From an uncultured Nitrososphaerales archaeon (GTDB lineage Archaea > Thermoproteota > Nitrososphaeria > Nitrososphaerales > Nitrososphaeraceae): a DNA stretch of 64,000 bases. A program made the translations under genes and the position numbers. The notes below the pieces were generated by a model. The model was not told the DNA's origin. It worked only from the letters and a program-made list of their open reading frames with translations, and ran no database searches. This document shows positions 53,792 to 64,000 of this stretch, in pieces (position 1 is the first letter of the stretch; every line of letters begins with the position of its first letter). Location: the NCBI GenBank assembly GCA_963709405.1, contig CAVPXM010000053.1:1-64000 (forward strand), given 5' to 3'.

Positions 53792-55306
53792 TCAGATATC
53801 ATAATAGTATAGGAATTGTTGCGACTTTGATTTTTCACCGACTTTTTTCGTTTCTTCTTGTTTAATCATTAAATATGTTTCTATTAAATCATTATTATAG
53901 CAAGGTTTAAGGTATTTCGAATCACTCTTCAGCATTTCCAATGAGTCTTGTAGGGAGCGCGGCAACGATCTGATACCCAGACTGATCCTTCTTGATTCCG
54001 ACATCTTGTAAATATTTTCATCAGTAGGAGATCCAGGATCAATTTTTTTCTGGACACCGTCAAGCCCAGCTGCTATTATTGCCGGAAAGACCAGGTAAGG
54101 ATTTGAAGAGGGATCGGGAGCTCTAAATTCGACTCGTTTTGTTCTGTAGTTGTCTTTATCGTTTATCGGAATTCGGATAACTGTTGACCGATTCCCTCTC
54201 GCCCAGGCCACATAAACGGGAGCTTCAAATCCTGGAACTATACGATGGTAAGAATTTACTGTGGGTGCAACTAATGCGGCTAGTGAAGGAGAATGATCAA
54301 GAACGCCCCCAATGAAATACCGTCCTACCTGACTTAGATTAGCGTATGCGTCATTAGCATCATAAAACACATTCCGACTGTTCTCCAGAGATGACCCAAG
54401 TGAAGAGTTTTCCCACAAACTTACACTGACATGCATGCCCGAACCGTTATCCTCTCTACTATCAAAGTGTACTTTCTTTGAAGTCGCAGAACTGTCAAAT
54501 ATTGGCTTGGGCATAAAATTCGCAACTCTGTTGCTTTTTTTTGCCACATTTCTGACTACATCCTTGTAAATCTGAACGTTATCTGCACTCTTGGTTATCT
54601 TGTTATGAACAAAATTTATTTCGATCTGGCCACTACTTGCTACCTCGTGATTCAGGTTTGTTACATTTATGCAATAGTTCTCCTTCAAGATCCTTGCAAC
54701 TTCGAATCTGAAATCTAATAACGAATCTTGGAAGGGAGGTGCATCATATCCCCCTTTTGTTCTAATTGGGTAATTCCCTATCCCAACTTTTTCCTGAGAT
54801 ATAATGCCGGGACCATCTGCAACATTATCGGCTGGGTCCGTATTATCATTAAAAATGATCTTATCAAAGATGAAGCATTCGACCTCCGCTCCAACTTGAC
54901 ATACTAGGCCGTTTTCGGCAAGCTGTTCCTCCATCTTTTGTGAAACGTATCGTGGGTCTTTGAGTAATCTACCTTTTTCATATCCTCGATAAACGTCTGA
55001 GATTACAGTAGCGGTAACTTGATTTGCAAACGGAAATAGTCTAAGTGTATGCCTGTCCGGAATCAACAATAAATCTGAGTCGTTGATCGGCGTAAATCCT
55101 TCGACGGATGAACCATCTGTTCCTATACCGTTTGTGATCAACTTTTGCAGGTGATCATTGTCAGTCATTGCATATTTCGCCAGGAATCTACCGAGTATGT
55201 CCGTATATCTCAACTGAAGAAATTCTACATCTTGCATGTTAATGTTGTTATTTTCAGCAGAATTAAATGAAGATTCCATTATAGAATCATAACTCTTGTT
55301 AGACAT
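53792..55306 (-). CDS. glnA: Glutamine synthetase type I
   Basis: DGSSVEGF, GAEVE, HEVA...QIEI, FMPKP, NGSGMH, NSYHRIVPGFEAP, NRST, EFRAPDPSSNPY. Confidence 0.96.
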   Translation of the reverse strand: MSNKSYDSIMESSFNSAENNNINMQDVEFLQLRYTDILGRFLAKYAMTDNDHLQKLITNGIGTDGSSVEGFTPINDSDLLLIPDRHTLRLFPFANQVTATVISDVYRGYEKGRLLKDPRYVSQKMEEQLAENGLVCQVGAEVECFIFDKIIFNDNTDPADNVADGPGIISQEKVGIGNYPIRTKGGYDAPPFQDSLLDFRFEVARILKENYCINVTNLNHEVASSGQIEINFVHNKITKSADNVQIYKDVVRNVAKKSNRVANFMPKPIFDSSATSKKVHFDSREDNGSGMHVSVSLWENSSLGSSLENSRNVFYDANDAYANLSQVGRYFIGGVLDHSPSLAALVAPTVNSYHRIVPGFEAPVYVAWARGNRSTVIRIPINDKDNYRTKRVEFRAPDPSSNPYLVFPAIIAAGLDGVQKKIDPGSPTDENIYKMSESRRISLGIRSLPRSLQDSLEMLKSDSKYLKPCYNNDLIETYLMIKQEETKKVGEKSKSQQFLYYYDI

Positions 55307-55977
55307 ATATATACAGACTATTTAATCGAATATAACGCTTGTTGTCATAAATTCTAACAATTGATAATGCATGTATCTGAATAAATCGTATTTGTTAAAT
55401 ATTACTTGTTAAAACATACTTGGATAAAACAGATGTTAAAATGCCAAAAGACATTTTGAACAAGTCTCCACGCACATAACTGAATAAACGGAATGTCACG
55501 ACAACAACCAGCTCACAGATTGTTTGGTTATGAAACTCATAGGCTTAAGCAATCAGGTTAACTCATTCTAAATGAAGACCAAATTTATTGTAGAAATCTT
55601 ATCCCCGAATGAACATGTATACGATTTACTCTATCATCGTTTCAACTGACCTGATTAGTATTAAACCAATAGAATTAGAAGCTAGCAGGGATTCATAGAA
55701 ATAGAATTTCGTGCCGAGGTGCCAATATGACGCAGTATTGGTAACAATAGGTAAATAGTGGATTTGATCGAAGATGCTTGATAAATAGAAGATCAAATAA
55801 AAATCTTGAAAAAAGGTTTAGTTACCTAAATTGCAACTCATGTCATAAAGTAATGTCTGCAGTCATACCAGAAAATCTTGATAGCGTGATACATTGAGAC
55901 ACTGGCATATTAGTGAGAAACAGAAGGAAATGAAATATGGGTCGAACATTGATCGGATAGTAATTTAGTATTATATT

Positions 55978-56565
55978 TTAAGAGTGTGTCGATTGCACAT
56001 GTTTTGTAAGTACATCTTTATCACCATATTCTGTCTGGCAATGAGGACAAATTAACTTCGCCCCTTTATCTTTTATATGCGCGGACGCAAATGGATTCAT
56101 AATACACAATGAAGACGTTATATTAGCCGCATTGATCGTCTCCATTGCTGCTTTTTCCATTTTTACCATTATGTCATCTCTACTTACTATACCGTAGACG
56201 CTATTAGAAGTAGATACAACAAGTTGTCTGATAACATGTTTTTCCATAACAGAAAGAGCGTCTACAATAGACATATCAGGAGGAATAGAAATCACAGGTG
56301 CAGACATTACTTCCTTAATCATTATCTTTGCAGGCGATTTGTGAATCGCCACCACCTTAAAAGGTACATCCGTTTTTGAGACTAATCCAATTATCTGTCC
56401 CCCCCGATCTGAGACAAGGATAGAACGCAGCAGGTTATCTTTCATTGCAGTAATTGCCTCAGCAACTGTCCTGGACTGCTCTAATACGATGACATTCGAA
56501 TTCAATGCAAAAGTGACAGGCATTGATAATAAAGATGATCTGTTAAAACTCTTGTCTTCTATCAC
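55978..56565 (-). CDS. CBS-pair protein with C-terminal C2H2 zinc finger
   Basis: Two CBS domains plus CPHC-x12-HVQSTH. Confidence 0.85.
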   Translation of the reverse strand: MIEDKSFNRSSLLSMPVTFALNSNVIVLEQSRTVAEAITAMKDNLLRSILVSDRGGQIIGLVSKTDVPFKVVAIHKSPAKIMIKEVMSAPVISIPPDMSIVDALSVMEKHVIRQLVVSTSNSVYGIVSRDDIMVKMEKAAMETINAANITSSLCIMNPFASAHIKDKGAKLICPHCQTEYGDKDVLTKHVQSTHS

Positions 56566-57076
56566 CCTAATATATTATTAAAAGAATTATTTAAATAAAT
56601 TTCTCGATAGTTTAGTACTTATCAGTTCTGACATACTTTCTATATAAGAAGAGTATCTTTGAGTCCGACTTTATTGAGTTTACTTTCAATACCTTCTGAT
56701 CTAGCTTCAAATACTGTACCTTAAATTTAGATAGATCTTAACAAATATGAAAGATCTACGCATGGTGAAAAACAATTAACCCAGTGAGAAAATTCTAAAA
56801 ATATATCATTTTTTCGATCATACAATTTGAGTGAGATCAAGTCTAAAATATGAAAAAGTTAAAAACGTATAAAATAATATGCCATATAATCATCCACAGC
56901 AACTCAAATTTGTGATATGCCTATCGATGGATGCATCTTCAGCAATATTGACAAGGGCAGAAATTTTTATTTGCTTATTCTATTGCGAATCAATAAATAA
57001 CTTAAAGCTGTTAAACAACTTTTCTTGATGTACAATAACAATAACTCATCCAGTAGATGATACAAAGTATTACAAT

Positions 57077-57760
57077 ATGTCATTTGGAAATAAATGGAGT
57101 CGATCTCAACACGGTGAGAGTGTTAGTGAGAGTGTAAGGAATAAGATTCGCGAAGGTATAAAATCATCAGAGCCGCTAAAGCCGCGAATAGAGGATGCTC
57201 AAAAAAAATTGCAGATGCAGATTTCCAAGTTAGACGCGATATCTACTAAGATGAACGAAAAAGATAAGTTAATTTTTGACCGTGTTATCCAGGCAGTTCA
57301 AAATCATGATAGTCAATACGCCAAATTGTTATCCAATGAATTATCTCAAGTTCGTAAAATGAATAATATGGTCGACTCTACAAAATTGGCATTGGAACAA
57401 ATACAGTTGAGATTAAATACAATGACAGAGCTTGGAGATGTGGTAGTCACTCTAAGTCCAGCCATGTCAGTCATAAAGGGAATTCAAGGAGGATTGTCAT
57501 CTATGATGCCAGAAGCAGATCAGTCGCTAGGACAGATATCAGATCTGTTGGGCAGTATCCTGACAGGAACTGGTCAGGCCATTTCTTCGTCCACAGTAGC
57601 AAAAGAAATAGGAGCTGGAGTTACAGGTCTAGATGAGGAAGCAATGAAGATAATCGAAGAAGCTACCGCAACGGTGGAAGAGAGTACTAGAAGTAAGTTT
57701 CCAGATTTGCCATCGTCAGGTAGCATTCCTTCCAGACGAACTGAAACTTCTGTCTATTAG
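57077..57760 (+). CDS. cdvB: ESCRT-III/Snf7 family cell-division protein (CdvB paralog)
   Basis: PLKPRIE, ELSQVRKM, KLALEQIQLRL, GDVVVTLSPA, terminal KFPDLP. Confidence 0.88.
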   Translation: MSFGNKWSRSQHGESVSESVRNKIREGIKSSEPLKPRIEDAQKKLQMQISKLDAISTKMNEKDKLIFDRVIQAVQNHDSQYAKLLSNELSQVRKMNNMVDSTKLALEQIQLRLNTMTELGDVVVTLSPAMSVIKGIQGGLSSMMPEADQSLGQISDLLGSILTGTGQAISSSTVAKEIGAGVTGLDEEAMKIIEEATATVEESTRSKFPDLPSSGSIPSRRTETSVY

Positions 57761-58071
57761 AACCAACCAAATTTTTTTGGAAACTCGTAAATCTGTACGA
57801 ATCTTTAGTGCCTGCCTTTTTTGATAAATATACAAATCTAACATTAACCTAGAATTATGGAAGGGAATACATTTGTTCAAGATGAAATGGCTTAGATTGA
57901 TTTCAACTGACGAGGTCAATAGTTTGATGTCACCTCAGGAATTGTGTGATTTATCAGAGCTAACTAAAAACCTGACGTGTATAATTTTATTTATTTTTGG
58001 AAGATATCTATGATAATTACAATTATAATTATAAGCATGGATGTACATCAATAGTAACACGGTCACAATTA

Positions 58072-58203
58072 ATGCAAAATGTGTGCTGGCGATGTAAGAT
58101 TCAGAGCAATGAAACATATTCCTGTGAACATACTGATGATAGGCAAATGTGTAAGGAGTGTTATAAGGAAGTACATTGGTTGATTAACGATCATAAGAAT
58201 TAG
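58072..58203 (+). CDS. 43-aa putative Zn-finger microprotein
   Basis: MQNVCWRC...CEH...CKEC...H. Confidence 0.5.
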   Translation: MQNVCWRCKIQSNETYSCEHTDDRQMCKECYKEVHWLINDHKN

Positions 58204-58272
58204 TATACATACATATTTTATTACAATTTTCTCCTACTTTTATCAATCACCTAAGGGTAATGTATATTTTTC

Positions 58273-59440
58273 TTAAAATCTAGAATATTCCTTTCCAGCG
58301 AGAGAAGAGCCCCCTATTTCCTTTAGATATTTCATCTTGATCATTTTCTTGAGTTTGCTCGCGGAATATCCAAATAGATCTAATCCTGATATTCTAGAAA
58401 TCCCAAAGTCTGAACCTATAGAAATTGCATAACTAGATCCAGAGTCACCCGGCTTGTATTCTCGCATTGGTTTGCCCATTATTCTAGCGTAGATATTGTA
58501 TGCAGCAACTTTCCCATGTTCTTTCGCAAAAAATGCAGTGGTTGGAAGAGGTTGTCCATGCCTGTCTAGTATGAGAGCTGAGTCACCAATTACAAATACA
58601 TCATTTTTTCCCTCTGGTTGTAGGTAGTTATTGACTATGACTCTTCCCTTATTACCAGTCTTCAGTCCTATTTGTTTAAGAAGTGGACTGGAGACAACGC
58701 CACCTGTCCAGATGAACAAACTACTCTTTATTTCGTTTCCGTCTATGAGCCGAATCGAATCTGGTCTAATTTCTACGATGGAATAAGCGTTACCTACAAG
58801 TAATTGAACGTTCAAACTGTCGAGGTAAATTTTTGCCCATTTGACCGCATCATTTGGAAATCCAATTAGTAAATTTGATGAGACCAATACGATCTTTGGA
58901 CGATTAGATTTAAAATAATCACTTCTCAGTACCTGTTGCAATTTCTCCAGCAATCTCAACTCCGGTAGCACCTCCTCCACCTATAACAACTGTTTTTCCC
59001 ATCCCTAGGTTAGATAGAGCAATGGCTATCTTTTGAGCGTCTTCTATGCTATTGAATAAAAATGCGTGCTCCTTCATACCGGCTATAGAGGGAACAAATG
59101 GCTGGCTTCCCAAAGAAAGAACTAAAAAATCGTAGTCCAATACACGAGAGATTTGTAAATTTTTTGCAATAGATATTGTCTTAATTTCTAAATTAATATC
59201 TCTAATATCTGCTTGGGTAAATTCAATATTTCTATTTTTTAGAATATCTTTATAATAAATTATGGAAAATCCCCGCTTTGAAATAATTTCAGGCAAACTG
59301 GGGAGTAAAGTATGATATGCTCTTTTGTCGATTAGCACTATTTTTGATTTTATGCCCTTAAGCAAACGATCCAGATGGAGGACAGTTTGCAATCCCGCGT
59401 ACCCACCACCTGCAATTAGGATCTGTATCAAGAAATTCAA
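58273..59440 (-). CDS. FAD-dependent pyridine nucleotide oxidoreductase (NDH-2-like; frameshift near 58930)
   Basis: IAGGGYAG, YDFLVLSLGS, GGGATGVEIAGE, WTGG, VFVIGD. Confidence 0.88.
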
Positions 59441-59822
59441 CTTGTGGATAAGCTACAAATTGATATTAACTATTATGCCACTAATAACTAGAGGTCATGG
59501 AATAAGTCGTCCAGCTGGGACAGCTATGGATAAAGTGTGTCAAGATGGTCTATAGCGTCCAGAAAGAGAGGCAATTGTGGCTACTTGTTTCATTAATCTT
59601 GCGTGCCTATATACTGTGCATAACCAAAAGATAAATTAATTTATGATTTTCATCCATTATCACAATTTCTGAATTAGACACAGATCCCGGTCTGCTCCCT
59701 AGATCCGATTTACTGGCTTTTTGTCATCCGTATCATTATGGATCATTATGGATATACAATAATCAACTTTTGCAGCTACAAATGAACGCGCTTACGAGTT
59801 AAATCCTCATGTTCTTTGTCCT

Positions 59823-60140
59823 TTATTGTAAAGGATTTATAGAGTGTCCTATAACTCGACTTCCTTTCATAATGATGCAGCATGCACATTTCTGCTGGAG
59901 ACAAATTCCTGCTTCGTCATGTTTACAAATAGGGCATGCGCATGCCTCTACATTGGCATCAGTCCTTTTTCTTTGATCTTTTGTTTTTTGATCAGCATAC
60001 AGCCATAAGAGTACTAGTGGTAGGCCAATTATGAAAAATATCATAATTGTTCGTATGGGAATCCGTAGAATAAACAGGCCAATTCCAAAACATATCGTAG
60101 ATATTCCGAGAATGGAGAACCAACGAATAGCAGCGTCCAC
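59823..60140 (-). CDS. Small two-TM protein with Cys-rich C-terminus
   Basis: Two hydrophobic helices, then CACPICKH...C...CACC...H. Confidence 0.7.
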   Translation of the reverse strand: MDAAIRWFSILGISTICFGIGLFILRIPIRTIMIFFIIGLPLVLLWLYADQKTKDQRKRTDANVEACACPICKHDEAGICLQQKCACCIIMKGSRVIGHSINPLQ

Positions 60141-60620
60141 ACATGATTATGATACGCCTCGTTATTGTTCTTTACTCATCCATATTTTATTTCTCGCATC
60201 GTAAGTGATCCATTTGATGATTTTACCTTTTCGCATAGTTACTCTTATCATTCTTTTTTCTAATAATATCGCTACCTCGAATCATTTCTAACCTAGAACG
60301 TATCACATATTTTCTGTAGGGAATCAAAGTGACATACATCACTAGATAGCTGGCACTCTTCTATTGATTATACCTATCCCAGATATCTCAGTCTCATTTA
60401 CCCGAATCATTCTATCGTAGTAGAGGCTCGTAAAGCCTTGCCTAATTTTACAACCATGGATGGAGTGGAAGAGATGTAATCTACAACAAGAAATACACTG
60501 TAGGTCGACTTGCATCTAATGATTACGTTCACGACTTAATTTTTGAGTTAATTCTTGTCACTATCTTATCTACCAGCTTTTATGTACGCCTGCCATGGGG
60601 GAATTGAATGTACTAGTGTC

Positions 60621-61153
60621 CTACATCATTCCTCCTGGCCCATGTCGCATCATACCTGTGTGCGGCAGTCCAGAAATCATACTACCCATCATCATACCAT
60701 GCATCATCATCGCTCCTTCCTTAGAAATTTGCTAAGACAAAATCTTCCTGTTTCCTGCATCAACTAAAACTCTGAAAATTATAATTGCTATCTACGACCC
60801 AAACAGGATATACCAGGTATCCGTTTTCTACACCAATATGTGACTCTAAAGCATGCGAGTTATTACCCACCGATTTTTGTGCAGTTGTAGTAGCTTGACT
60901 TAATGAAATTTTGATCTATGGAGCGAGTGCATTTCCAAATATTGTAGATAATTTCAATGATCCTGTAATGTTTGAGGCGTTACCCATCATCATATCCATC
61001 ATGCCTCTTCCCCCTACCTTACTGTTGTATTGTCCACTAGTCGAAATTTGTTGAGCAGTTGCGCTGAGTACCACTTAGTGCGAATGTTCTAGCCATCAGC
61101 ATTACGACGGACAGCTCTGCTACAATGAAAATTGTCCTAAAGGAAGACTTCAT
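60621..61153 (-). pseudogene. Secreted PepSY-like protein with Met-rich tracts, disrupted
   Basis: Minus-strand reading GMMDMMMG...ISLSQA...ENGYLVY...VLVDAGNRKIL...AMMMHGMMMG with in-frame TAG stops and frameshifts. Confidence 0.6.
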
Positions 61154-61644
61154 CTATAATCTATAAAAGTGACGATTCCAACTACATTAGATTTGCTTAA
61201 CATTCAGACAACATTGATTAAATATGTATTAGACATTCAGACTCGCAAGGATTTCATCCTGAATGGTTGCGTTGATATGATTTATTCTCTAACATATTGG
61301 CAAGATATTAGTCTCATCAATACTGCAGAGTAGGGCACAATTAGAACTCATCCTTCAGACAGCAGAGAGGATATTATAGTCTGGAATCTACGTTTCAACA
61401 AAACAAGATCATTCAATTGAGCGTAATTCCAATTTAATACTCACCAACGCCACATGATTGTCAAGATGTGATGTGATCTGTTACCACATATTATCTGTTT
61501 ATTACTAATCGAACCAGTCGGCAATTAACCCAGTCAAGTTAAAGATGGCACGTTTTTGATTGATCACAAGACATGTGATTTGAGATATGTACCATAAATA
61601 TATTTATATATCAAAATATTAACAATAACTCATCTAGTATAATA

Positions 61645-62629
61645 ATGGTGTATCCAAATCGAAGTTATAATTATATCTCATGAATCAGACCTTGATGGGA
61701 TATATTCAGCCTCCATCGGACTAATACGATACCCACAAGCCCGCCCCTTTTTTCTAGGCTATGGAATAGAACCATTTAAGAAAATGGCAAAATTTCTTCG
61801 AACTGCCGTAAATTCACCGGGAAAAGCAGGGTTAGTTTTGATTTCAGATTTAGGAATGAATGAGGATCGTGATCTGATAGAGATATGCATCGATGTATTC
61901 GTTGATATGGAACAAAATAATTGGAAGATAGTATGGTTAGACCATCATCCTTGGCCGATCAAGGTAGTGAATTCTTTTAGTACTCATGTTGAACTAGTAT
62001 TAGATAATTCTGGTAACAAATGTGCTGCAGACTTAATGTACGACTATCTTTTGAAAGGTAACGCATTGGCTGCAAACCTTGCAAGCATGGCTCACGCCAT
62101 GGATTTTTTTACCAAGACTGAGTATTTGACTCCAGCTGCAGAGCTTATTCGTTACTATAGCAATTTCGAAGATTTCTATGACAGACTTACGAATTTAGCT
62201 CGGAAGGCGTCTATGGGGATACTATGGGATGTAGAAATGCAAATTCAATATAGCGAGTATGCCAGATTGCGTGATTATGCTAAGAAGCAGTCGGTTTCCT
62301 CAATGAGAATCAAGAATGTAGACGGCATCAACGTTGTGTTTGTTAAATCCTCTCCGTATATTCAAAATAGTTTATTTGCTGAAGAATTATTTTCATCGAC
62401 AAAAGCTGACATAGTTATGCTTTACAGTGCGAAGGGAGATGTAAGCATTAGACGAAATACTGATAAGCTTGCATGTAATGAAATAGCGAATAATTTGCAT
62501 TTGGGTGGGGGTCATCAGTTTGCCGCCGGAGCAAGTTTTCATAGTAATCCTCTCGACACTGATGCCGTAATATCAGAATTAGAAGCAGCAATCAGAGCTG
62601 GTCTTTCAAATGGAAAATCGAGCAGGTAG
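61645..62629 (+). CDS. DHH/DHHA1-family phosphoesterase
   Basis: The frame upstream of the listed ORF reads IISHESDLDG; then SDLG, LDHH, SIRR, GGGHQFAAG. ATG 61645 needs a frameshift to join. Confidence 0.88.
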
Positions 62630-63202
62630 ATTTGTAATTGGCCATAGATTATACATAGTTCAGGAATTGCAGTGATAATAAATCTGAATCGATTCAGATT
62701 CAGAAAAGACATTCCTTTGATAGCAATGCTCAGTAAAATATAACCGAAGAGAGCTTTCTATTAATTTTATGCGGTCGAGGCCTACTTTATAATCGACAGT
62801 AGAAGATACTCGCCATAACCAGAATTATAAAATAGAACCAAACAATGACGACGATAACCCCGTTAACTAAATAGTAACTATGTAAGTGGACGGCATCTGA
62901 AGCCTTTAAACTTTAGTGTTTCAGTTGCAGCTCATGACGCCACTTGTAAATTAAGCTATGCTCTTCAGTTAGAACCATTTATACTAGCTAATAGTAAACA
63001 CTATACATTCATACTCCATGGCTTAATCTAATGTCTGAACATAATATTAGATCAGATGTTAGAATATCCTCTAAAAAAGTATGGATAGGCTCAAAAAAGA
63101 AAAATATAGTGAAGATTTTATTTCAAATCTTACTCTGATTTTGGATATCCTGAACTCGGATAAACGAGTTATTGAATACCAAACTTTCTTACTTCTCTAG
63201 AT

Positions 63203-63397
63203 TTAGTGTTTGTTGTATTTGTTGTGGTGGTGATGATGCTTGTGGTGGCGGTTATTATTGTCGTCTCCATGATGATGCTTATGTTTGTATGCTAATGCAT
63301 CGCTTCCAACGAGAGGGCCCGATGCGAAGAGTAGCACCATTGCAGTTATAGCAACAAGACTTAATGTTGTTGCGACGTTTTTGCTTAAAGTCTGCAT
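63203..63397 (-). CDS. Small secreted His-rich peptide
   Basis: Signal peptide ending ALA, mature part YKHKHHHGDDNNNRHHKHHHHHNKYNKH. Confidence 0.72.
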   Translation of the reverse strand: MQTLSKNVATTLSLVAITAMVLLFASGPLVGSDALAYKHKHHHGDDNNNRHHKHHHHHNKYNKH

Positions 63398-64000
63398 ACT
63401 GCATGAATAAAAAACATACTCATTAAGAACTCCATTAGGAAAAATATATATCATATATCAAAAAACCTTCTAATTTTATTGAAATCGGATGCAGATTAAA
63501 ACTTCCACACATAATATAACTATTATCAATAAAATTCTTCTAATCCAATGTTTATGATCAATAAGAAACTCATTTGTGACTCGTGATATTTCCTCGACAT
63601 TACTATCTCTAGGCGACAAGGGCGGAATTTTCTATGGGAATTCTCCTCAGCAGCATAAATTAGGATCCATATATTATAAACGCAGTGCGGCTGAAAAAAT
63701 CCCGATAAAGACATTCGAATCACGAAATCCGAATTTTTGACAATAATATGGGAAAGACTCCTAATTTCAAGAAATTTGCTTCGAATAGTTTATTCCTGTA
63801 CACAAAATATCATGTAGATTACTATAGAAACTTGAAGCAGCATTATCATTCCTCATTACAAACAGCGAGATAATCAATCAATCCCAGATTAATAAGAAAA
63901 TACCACTTAAAGATGCAAATTCACTTGCAGCGAGTATAAATTGGGCAAGATATACAACTCTTCAGCTGAATAATCTAGTATGAACTGGCCACCAGACATT

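Overview
AT-rich archaeal DNA from an ammonia-oxidising archaeon (Nitrososphaerota, most likely a soil Nitrososphaeraceae member). The assignment rests on an AOA-type NirK, type IB topoisomerase, CofG/CofH, a CdvB/ESCRT-III gene, a Zn-ferredoxin, GatDE, Taw1 and intron-containing tRNAs. Most of the window is housekeeping (translation, tRNA maturation, F420 synthesis, N assimilation), interrupted by decaying accessory patches: an IS6 element plus histidine-kinase remnant (8.5-11 kb), two IS630 copies around a Zn-dehydrogenase (25.6-29.1 kb) and a pseudogene-rich island (45.6-50.1 kb). Several essential genes (aIF2-gamma, gatD, gatE) carry single-base frameshifts, so many indels are probably sequencing or assembly errors and pseudogene calls need caution. 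The most notable observations are: a 4xCBS + HPF/RaiA-like candidate ribosome-hibernation factor next to rps6e/aIF2-gamma; an unannotated 20-aa, 50%-lysine microprotein gene with its own promoter in the same cluster; a tRNA-Ser(UGA) with two introns; an HTH-fused class III cyclase; a candidate divergent SepF; a tandem-repeat array upstream of glnA; and several small Cys-, His- or Met-rich putative metal-binding proteins. No CRISPR array or rRNA was seen.
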